Shown here piece after piece: positions 58,050-64,000 of a stretch of DNA of 64,000 bases; the first letter of the stretch is position 1; every line of letters begins with the position of its first letter. The stretch is from assembly GCA_031414955.1 (NCBI GenBank), contig JANOQV010000030.1, forward strand, positions 16,296-80,295. The letters run 5' to 3'. Source of the DNA: Pedosphaera sp. (GTDB lineage: Bacteria; Verrucomicrobiota; Verrucomicrobiia; Limisphaerales; SIBH01). The position numbers were made by a program, and so were the translations under genes. The notes under the pieces were generated by a model. That model was not told the DNA's origin. It did no database searches and worked only from the letters and a program-made list of their open reading frames with translations.

Positions 58050-59753
58050 TCAGGGGCTTTTAGAGGTCGGTGGGCCGCTGGCTTTGAGCTTCTTTTCGAT
58101 TTCCTTGTTCGGCTCGATCTTCAAGGACTTGTTCCAGGCCTCGCGCGCCTGATCGGTTTGGCGAAGTTCCGAGTAAACGTCTCCCAGATGATCGTAGAGG
58201 GTGGCGTCCGGCTCCTCGTTCAGCTCGACGGCCTTGCGGATGGGCTCGAGCGCCTCCTGCGCATGACCCTGTTTGAAGAGCACCCACCCGAGACTGTCAA
58301 GATACGCCGCGTTGGTGGGATCGAGCTTCACCGCCTTCTCAATCATCGCCCGGGCCCGGACCAAATTGGTGCCGCGCTCGGCCCACATGTAGCCGAGGTA
58401 GTTGAGCGCGGAAGGAAACTCCGGCGACATGAGAAGGGATCGTTCAAAATAGCGCTCCGCCTCGGGGATTTTCCCGGCGCGCTCGTGGGCCGCGCCCAAC
58501 TCGAAGTAGAATCCGTGAGTGAGCCGGTTGGTCTCGGTGGCCTTGGCGACGATCTCGGCGGTGGTGAAATGCCCGAGCGCGTTGGTGTATTCCTTGAGCC
58601 GCATGTAGCAGAGGCCGGAGAAAAATTCGCCCACGAAACTCTGCTTGTACCGCTGGCGCGCCTTCTGGAGCGTGTCGAGCGCCTCGCGGGGCTTTTGCTG
58701 CGCGAGCTGGGTGGAGGCGATGTCGAAATAAAGCTGCTGCGTGTCCAGGCCGAGGAGCAAAGCCTTGCGGTAATTGTCCAGCGCGTCGTCAAAGCGCTTC
58801 TCCTCATAGGCGATGGCCCCGAGGAAATAGTAGGCCTGCGGATTGGTGGGGGTCTCCCGCACGAGCAGTTTCAATTGCTCGCCTGCGTCCTTGGGATTGT
58901 TGTCCCGCAGGTAAAGCTCGACCAGGGCTTCGCGCACACCGATCAGGTCGGAGTCTTCTTTCAGGATTTTGAGATAAGCTTCGGCGGCGTGCTTCGGGTC
59001 GCCCACGAACAAGAAGCCTTGGGCCAGTTTCTGGAGGGAAATCAAGTTCGTGTTCTCCATGCTGGCGGCACGCCGGAGCAATTCCTTGGCTCGTAATCGC
59101 GCCGGAGTATTGGTCGCGCGCGGCGCTTCGGCGTCGAGGGTGAGGTGGAGGTGGGCCAGGTCGATCAGGAAGGTCGCGTCGGGCTTGGGCTGGCGCGCGG
59201 CCTGTTCGATGACCTTGCGCGCCTCGTTGGTCTGGCCCAGCGCGCGTTGGAGGTGGAACAAACTTTGATACCCGGCCATCGAGGCGGGCGCGCGTTTGAT
59301 CGCGGCGCGGCTGGCTTCAAGGGCCGCGTTGGTCTGGCCCTGCTGGAGATAGGCGAGCGAGAGCCGGGCAAACATCAGCCCGGAAGCCCCCGGAGCGGCG
59401 GCGCATTTTTTGAGCGCGGCGATGGCCTTGGCGTAATCCTTCCGCTGCATGTAGCGGCGGGAAAGATCCACGGCCAAATCCTCGTGGCCCGGCTGGAGAG
59501 CCAGCGCCAATTCATATTCCGCCAGCGCGCTTTCAACCTGGTTGGCTTGGTCCAGGCTGAGTCCGGTGAGGAAATGCGCGTGCGCCTCGGCCCGCTTTTC
59601 GGATTGCTCGGGCGTCTCGACGGGGACGTTCTCCACCGCAGAGGCGTCCTTGATGGCACCCAGTCCAGGACTTTTTCGCGCCGGGACAGAGCAGCCGGTG
59701 ACGCCGAGGCACAGCGCCATCGTCGTTGACAGCCAGAGAGATCGAAACCGCAT
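58050..59753 (-). CDS. TPR-repeat lipoprotein
   Basis: ATG 59753 with lipobox-like LGVTG-C. Many TPR helices. ALNYLGY.WA and AYLDSLGWV motifs. Confidence 0.85.
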   Translation of the reverse strand: MRFRSLWLSTTMALCLGVTGCSVPARKSPGLGAIKDASAVENVPVETPEQSEKRAEAHAHFLTGLSLDQANQVESALAEYELALALQPGHEDLAVDLSRRYMQRKDYAKAIAALKKCAAAPGASGLMFARLSLAYLQQGQTNAALEASRAAIKRAPASMAGYQSLFHLQRALGQTNEARKVIEQAARQPKPDATFLIDLAHLHLTLDAEAPRATNTPARLRAKELLRRAASMENTNLISLQKLAQGFLFVGDPKHAAEAYLKILKEDSDLIGVREALVELYLRDNNPKDAGEQLKLLVRETPTNPQAYYFLGAIAYEEKRFDDALDNYRKALLLGLDTQQLYFDIASTQLAQQKPREALDTLQKARQRYKQSFVGEFFSGLCYMRLKEYTNALGHFTTAEIVAKATETNRLTHGFYFELGAAHERAGKIPEAERYFERSLLMSPEFPSALNYLGYMWAERGTNLVRARAMIEKAVKLDPTNAAYLDSLGWVLFKQGHAQEALEPIRKAVELNEEPDATLYDHLGDVYSELRQTDQAREAWNKSLKIEPNKEIEKKLKASGPPTSKSP

Positions 59754-59759
59754 GGACGG

Positions 59760-59787
59760 AGAATACTGACAACCACCCCGAACGCAA
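59760..59787 (-). promoter_or_regulatory. Putative sigma70 promoter for a leaderless TPR gene transcript
   Basis: Minus strand reads TTGCGT-16nt-TATTCT-6nt-ATG. Confidence 0.55.
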
Positions 59788-59993
59788 AACACAAAGGCAT
59801 GGGCGAACAAAATTCGGCGGCGGGACAACTTCCCGGTGGAACAGCAACTTTCCCCGGTCGGTGTGGATAAACAAACCGGCCGGACTGGTGCCTAATCACC
59901 AAAGGATTGGAAAGGACCGGAGCGCGGCGGGGAGGATGGTTTGGAAGTGGGGTGTGGTCGCGCGCAGCGTCCTTTCCATCCGGGGTTGAACCC

Positions 59994-60057
59994 GCCCCGT
60001 AAAGCCTTCGGCCACGGGGCAGGCTCCCGTAAAAGCCTGGCGGCTCACGGGGCAGGC
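59994..60057. repeat. Two tandem REP-like hairpins
   Basis: CCCGT-aaagccttcggcc-ACGGGGCAGGC followed by CCCGT-aaaagcctggcggctc-ACGGGGCAGGC. Confidence 0.65.
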
Positions 60058-60191
60058 CCGTCGAACTCGCGGTTCGTCCTGTCTCTTGCCTTTTGCTTTT
60101 TCGTCTCTCTTCCGCCCGGGCGCGTCCGCTCCGGCTCCGCCCGGCCGCTCGGAACCTCTCCGCCCCGCCGGTCCTGTCTCGGAAGTCGGGC

Positions 60192-60770
60192 TTATCTCTC
60201 CCCGGAGGTCGGGGCCGCGTAGGCCTCCGGCTTGAGCACGCCGACGAAGGGGAGGTTGCGGTAGCGCTCGGCGTAATCGAGGCCGTAGCCGACCACGAAC
60301 AGATCGGGAATCTGGAACCCGACGTAGTCCGCGCGGACCTTCTCGGTGCGGCGCGCTTTCTTCTCCAGCAGCACGCAAATCTTGATGCGTTTTGGTTTGT
60401 GGCCGCGCAACACCGCCACGACCCGCTTGAGCGTCCGACCGGTGTCGAGGATGTCATCCACGACCAGCACGTCGCGTCCGCGCACATCAAGCCGGAGTTG
60501 CTTGGTGAAAATCAGTTCGCCCGTTTCGGTGCGCGCGCCGTAGCTGGACACGCCCATGAAATCCAACCGCAGGGGCAGCGAAAGATGACGCACGAGGTCG
60601 GCGAGGAACATGACCGTGCCGCTGAGCAGCGAGACGATGACGAGGTCGCGCCCGGCAAAGTCCTTCTCCAATTTTCGGGTGAGCTGTCGCACGCGTCGCG
60701 CGAGTTGATCCTCGGTGATGAGGATGCGTTCTATCTCGTTCCGCCAGTTGCGGTGGCTGTTGCGTTTCAT
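60192..60770 (-). CDS. hpt: Hypoxanthine phosphoribosyltransferase
   Basis: LDFM.VSSYG, VLVVDDILDTG.TL, FVVGYGLDYAE.YRNLP. Start overlaps the upstream stop (ATGA). Confidence 0.95.
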   Translation of the reverse strand: MKRNSHRNWRNEIERILITEDQLARRVRQLTRKLEKDFAGRDLVIVSLLSGTVMFLADLVRHLSLPLRLDFMGVSSYGARTETGELIFTKQLRLDVRGRDVLVVDDILDTGRTLKRVVAVLRGHKPKRIKICVLLEKKARRTEKVRADYVGFQIPDLFVVGYGLDYAERYRNLPFVGVLKPEAYAAPTSGER

Positions 60771-62188
60771 GACTTGCCCAAGGCGCGTTGTATTTCCTCC
60801 GCGATCAGATCGCATTCACGCTGACCGCGGACGCTGGTGGCGAGCGTGAATTTTTCCCCTGCAACGGTGACGGCCTGCACGTCGTAATACTTCGTGTGGC
60901 CCGCCGACCAACTGAACCTGGTCTGGACGCAGGCGAGTTGACCGTGAGCCACAGCCTTGCGGCGCGGGAGGAACAGCCAGCGCCGCGTAACCAGAAGTCC
61001 ATTGGCATCGACGCGGACGCGGCTCCAGGCCGTCCACATGGAGAGGCACTGAAAGAGGAAGAAGGCCGAGAGCAAGGCCCAGACGATGAGGAACAGGTTG
61101 TGGTTTTTCGGCTTCACCGGCAGTTGATACGCGGCCAGGCAAACTGCGGCGACCAGCGTCATCATCACGGCCGCCCCCTTGTTTCGCGCAGCGGCAAAGG
61201 TGAACTCGGTGCCAGCGCCCACGCGGTGGATTCGCACGCCGGAGGCCGCCATGACCTTGGCGGGATCAGTCGGCACCTCGTAGCGCGCGGCGAACTCCGA
61301 GTCATTGGCTGGCCGGCGCTTTTCCGCAGCCACCTCGAACACCGGCACCTCGAAGGACGTTTCAAAATCGAGGCCGGGAGTTTCGGCTTTGGCGGCGAGT
61401 TGCCACGAGATGTTCTGGGCCAGACTTGTGGCGGAACAACTGGCCGGGATGCTGAACAAAACGGGGATGCCAGACTGGCGGGCTGTGTCGGTGGACAATC
61501 CATGCACGTCCTTTTGAACCTCCCACAACACCCGCTCCTCGGTGTGGCGGTTCTTGCCGGAGCCGGTGGTGATGCGTTGCACGCAGCGCAGGGTCAGGCG
61601 GAAATCATCGGAGGGAATTTTCATTCCGGTCTCGATGAAACCGGACAAGGAGCCGCCGATTTCGCCGGGGACGGAGAGCATCTTCAATCGCGACGAACCG
61701 TATTTCCTGAATCGAAGAGTGGTGCGAATGGCCTGGTAAATTAGGAACACGCCCACGACCGGGAAGAGGAAGAACACGTAGAGAATATTGTCGCCGCTTC
61801 CTTTGATCATGTCGGGCAAACGGAACGCGACCGGCATGGAGATGGCGTTCCAGAACACAGCGAAAAACCAGACAACCCAGACGTTCGTTTTGTCCGAGGA
61901 AATGATTTCGCCCGCCCGCCAGTCCGCGCGGTAGGCCCACAGTTCTTCCGGTTGGCTGCTGGTGAGTTCAGCCTGGTGCCGGGCCGCCCGGGCGCTGAAT
62001 CGTGCGAGGATGACGATGCCTGCGCCAACGAAGGTGAATACGAAGCCCACTACGACCGGAACCCAGGCATTGTGCTCGCGGTTCGCCAGCGCGTTCCCTC
62101 CGACGAACAGCCCAGTGAATCCCGCTCCAACAAAGCACAACCCAAACAGGGTCAGACAACCGCCGCCGGGGTTGACGCGCTGGGCCAT
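60767..62188 (-). CDS. Hypothetical multi-pass membrane protein
   Basis: About 6 TM segments in three pairs (LFGLCFVGAG, WFFAVFWNAIS, LFPVVG...), with a soluble beta domain between pairs. Confidence 0.75.
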   Translation of the reverse strand: MAQRVNPGGGCLTLFGLCFVGAGFTGLFVGGNALANREHNAWVPVVVGFVFTFVGAGIVILARFSARAARHQAELTSSQPEELWAYRADWRAGEIISSDKTNVWVVWFFAVFWNAISMPVAFRLPDMIKGSGDNILYVFFLFPVVGVFLIYQAIRTTLRFRKYGSSRLKMLSVPGEIGGSLSGFIETGMKIPSDDFRLTLRCVQRITTGSGKNRHTEERVLWEVQKDVHGLSTDTARQSGIPVLFSIPASCSATSLAQNISWQLAAKAETPGLDFETSFEVPVFEVAAEKRRPANDSEFAARYEVPTDPAKVMAASGVRIHRVGAGTEFTFAAARNKGAAVMMTLVAAVCLAAYQLPVKPKNHNLFLIVWALLSAFFLFQCLSMWTAWSRVRVDANGLLVTRRWLFLPRRKAVAHGQLACVQTRFSWSAGHTKYYDVQAVTVAGEKFTLATSVRGQRECDLIAEEIQRALGKS

Positions 62189-62191
62189 GAC

Positions 62192-62572
62192 TCAAATGTG
62201 CTTCGAGTCGTCGTGATCCTTTTCCGTGTAGCCGGACTCCTGGCGCTTGAAGTTGACCTCGTTCTTTTTCACGTAGGCGGCGAAGACGTCGTCGGCGCTC
62301 ATGCCCAGCACCTGGGCCAGGCTGATGAGGAAGTGGAACAGATCGACGACTTCCACGCGGGCGTTCTGCTCGTCGAACTTCTGGTACTTGGCCCACCATT
62401 TCCAGGGCACGCTGTCGGTCAGTTCAGCCATCTCCTGGGACATGGCGCGGCAGTAGTTGAGCACCCATTTCGTCTTCTCCTCCTCGGTCATGCTGTAGGT
62501 ATGCACGCCGATGCGCTCGTTGAGCGCCTTTTGCATGCGGAAGAGTTCGCGAAGCTGGTCGGGATTTTCCAT
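62192..62572 (-). CDS. Dimeric (all-alpha) dUTPase
   Basis: E.AEL.DSVPWKWW, EVVDL.HF..S, Y.KKN.VN..RQ..GY. Confidence 0.85.
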   Translation of the reverse strand: MENPDQLRELFRMQKALNERIGVHTYSMTEEEKTKWVLNYCRAMSQEMAELTDSVPWKWWAKYQKFDEQNARVEVVDLFHFLISLAQVLGMSADDVFAAYVKKNEVNFKRQESGYTEKDHDDSKHI

Positions 62573-62577
62573 GGCGG

Positions 62578-62676
62578 GAGTTTCGGGTTTCGGGTTTCGG
62601 GTTTGAAGTTAAAAATTTCCGCACGCTGGCCAAGGAAGGGACTTGGTCAACTCGAAACTCTAAACCCGAAACTCGG
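62578..62676. repeat. Inverted pair of heptamer tandem arrays (GTTTCGG)n ... (AACYCGA)n
   Basis: gagtttcgggtttcgggtttcgggtttgaagtt at 62578-62610 and aactcgaaactctaaacccgaaactcgg at 62649-62676. Confidence 0.75.
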
Positions 62677-62706
62677 AACAGTTTGTGCCGTCGCGAACTT
62701 TGACCT

Positions 62707-62735
62707 TTGAACCTGGAGCGTTGAACTCCTATAAA
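62707..62735 (+). promoter_or_regulatory. Putative sigma70 promoter for a leaderless exbB-like transcript
   Basis: TTGAAC-17nt-TATAAA-6nt-ATG 62742. Confidence 0.55.
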
Positions 62736-62741
62736 GTCGGC

Positions 62742-63431
62742 ATGTTCGCAGAAGCATTCCTGTTCAGCGCCTCGCTCGCGGCCTCTGACCTTGCCGCCCA
62801 GGCGCGCAACGCGCTGCCCAATCTGATCACGCAGGGCGGGCTGATGATCTGGGTGCTGCTGGCCGCCAGCGCGGCGGCCATCCTCGTCTTCGCCGAGCGC
62901 CTGTTGCATTACCACCGCGCGCAGATCAACTCGATGGAGTTCCTGAGCGGCGTGCGCAACGTGCTCAAGCGCGACAACATTGTGGAGGCCCTTTCCATCT
63001 GCGACGCGACGCCCGGCCCGGTGGCACGCCTGGTCAAAGTGGCCGTGCTCAACCGCGAACGCGGTCGCGACGGCGTGCGCGAGGCGCTCGAAGAGGCCGG
63101 CCTGATGGAAGTGCCGCGGCTCGAAGAGAAGTTGAACGTGCTGGCCACGCTGGCGCAGATCGCTCCACTGCTCGGCCTGCTCGGCACGGTGCTCGGCTTC
63201 CTCCAAATTTTCAACGCCCTCCAAATATCGGGCGCGCAGGCCAACATGGAGCAGCTCGCCGGCGGAGTGTGGAAGGCGCTCATCTCGACTGCGGCGGGCA
63301 TCGCCGTCGCCATTCCCTGCTATGCCGGCTACAACTACCTGGTTGGTCGCGTCAACTCGATCGTGCTCGACATGGAAAAAGCGGCGTCCGAGATCGTGAA
63401 TATCGTCACCGAGAACGGAGCCAAGCAATGA
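62742..63431 (+). CDS. MotA/TolQ/ExbB proton-channel family protein
   Basis: GG..IW.LL, LATLA.IAPLLGLLGTV.G, LAGGV..AL..TAAGI.VAIP. Confidence 0.93.
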   Translation: MFAEAFLFSASLAASDLAAQARNALPNLITQGGLMIWVLLAASAAAILVFAERLLHYHRAQINSMEFLSGVRNVLKRDNIVEALSICDATPGPVARLVKVAVLNRERGRDGVREALEEAGLMEVPRLEEKLNVLATLAQIAPLLGLLGTVLGFLQIFNALQISGAQANMEQLAGGVWKALISTAAGIAVAIPCYAGYNYLVGRVNSIVLDMEKAASEIVNIVTENGAKQ

Positions 63432-63524
63432 CGAAGGCCGAAGGTCGAAGGTCGAAAACGGGACCGACTGCATGGGCCGGCCTTGCTCCTTCATTCGTCA
63501 TTCGTCATTCGTCATTCGTCCTTT
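63427..63524. repeat. Inverted pair of heptamer tandem arrays (AAGGTCG/AATGACG)n ... (TCATTCG)n
   Basis: aatgacg aaggccg aaggtcg aaggtcg and ttcattcgtcattcgtcattcgtcattcgtcctt. Confidence 0.75.
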
Positions 63525-63529
63525 CCTAA

Positions 63530-63997
63530 ATGCGTTTCCCCCGCAACAAACAAATTTTCCGCGGCCAGCTCGATGTGGCGGCTTTCATGGGCGTGCTGTT
63601 TCTGCTTCTCATCTTCATTCTGCTGCGCTCCCAACTTGTGTTCACCCCGGGCGTCCCCATCCGGTTGATCGAAGCGGATGACATGCCGGGCGTGATCGGA
63701 CGCAGCGTGGTGGTGGCGGTTGATTCGAGCGGGCAGTACTACTTTGATAATCAGCTCATCCATGAGCGCCTCTTGCGGCAGCAGTTAAAGGTCAAGGTGG
63801 AGGAATCGGGCGAGCCGCTCACGCTGATCATTCAAGGCGACAGGTCCGTGAACCTGGAGCAACTGGTGCGCGTAGGGGAAATGGGCTATAAAGCGGGCGT
63901 GGGGGGGGGCGGTATAACCGCCCCCCCCGCGCGGCACCCCAAACCCCCCCCCCCAAAAAAACCCCAGGGGGCCCGTGGTGACCCCGCGCCAGGGTGA
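63530..63997 (+). CDS. ExbD/TolR family protein; 3' end unreliable
   Basis: TM segment (AFMGVLFLLLIFILL), VVAVD..G.YYF, LIIQGD..V....V.V. Sequence after ~63890 is homopolymer-rich. Confidence 0.8.
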   Translation: MRFPRNKQIFRGQLDVAAFMGVLFLLLIFILLRSQLVFTPGVPIRLIEADDMPGVIGRSVVVAVDSSGQYYFDNQLIHERLLRQQLKVKVEESGEPLTLIIQGDRSVNLEQLVRVGEMGYKAGVGGGGITAPPARHPKPPPPKKPQGARGDPAPG

Positions 63998-64000
63998 GGG

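Noticed and set aside
59870..60190. Assignment as 6S, SRP, tmRNA or a riboswitch
   Set aside because: No diagnostic conserved motifs were recognised by eye. Kept only as a repeat/structure finding.
60192..62572. dUTPase + membrane protein + hpt as an anti-phage nucleotide-depletion system
   Set aside because: Both enzymes look like ordinary housekeeping forms and there is no defence-island context.
17122..62741. Upstream extended starts in the ORF track (17122, 25165, 39502, 47044, 49313, 51374, 55035, 57649, 59828, 60815, 62685)
   Set aside because: Downstream ATGs give clean signal peptides or family N-termini, and in several cases follow promoter-like motifs.

Overview
High-GC bacterial window. 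Gene content and protein style suggest Verrucomicrobiota of the Pedosphaera/Limisphaera type (inference). Bases 1-46014 hold seven co-oriented genes for exported proteins, four of them giant (about 2100-4800 aa). They are built from Calx-beta, delta-60-type beta-propeller, DUF11-type and proprotein-convertase P-domain modules. Two carry intact zinc-metalloprotease motifs (M11/M6-like and M36) and one looks like a catalytically dead matrixin. Five end in a shared ~70-aa domain (Y/F-R-x...P), and a similar domain sits at the N-terminus of a di-haem peroxidase further on. Several exported proteins are strongly enriched in the dipeptide Thr-Asn, a possible lineage-specific modification signal. Bases 46036-64000 are mostly housekeeping: coaE, glgB, hisI, trpE, SufE, TatD, cupin, CCP/MauG, PQQ-propeller, TPR lipoprotein, hpt, dimeric dUTPase, ExbB/ExbD. 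This part shows many apparently leaderless starts, REP-like palindromes and heptamer tandem arrays. No rRNA, tRNA, CRISPR or transposase was seen. The last ~110 bp look like low-quality sequence. All domain calls come from motif recognition by eye, not database searches.
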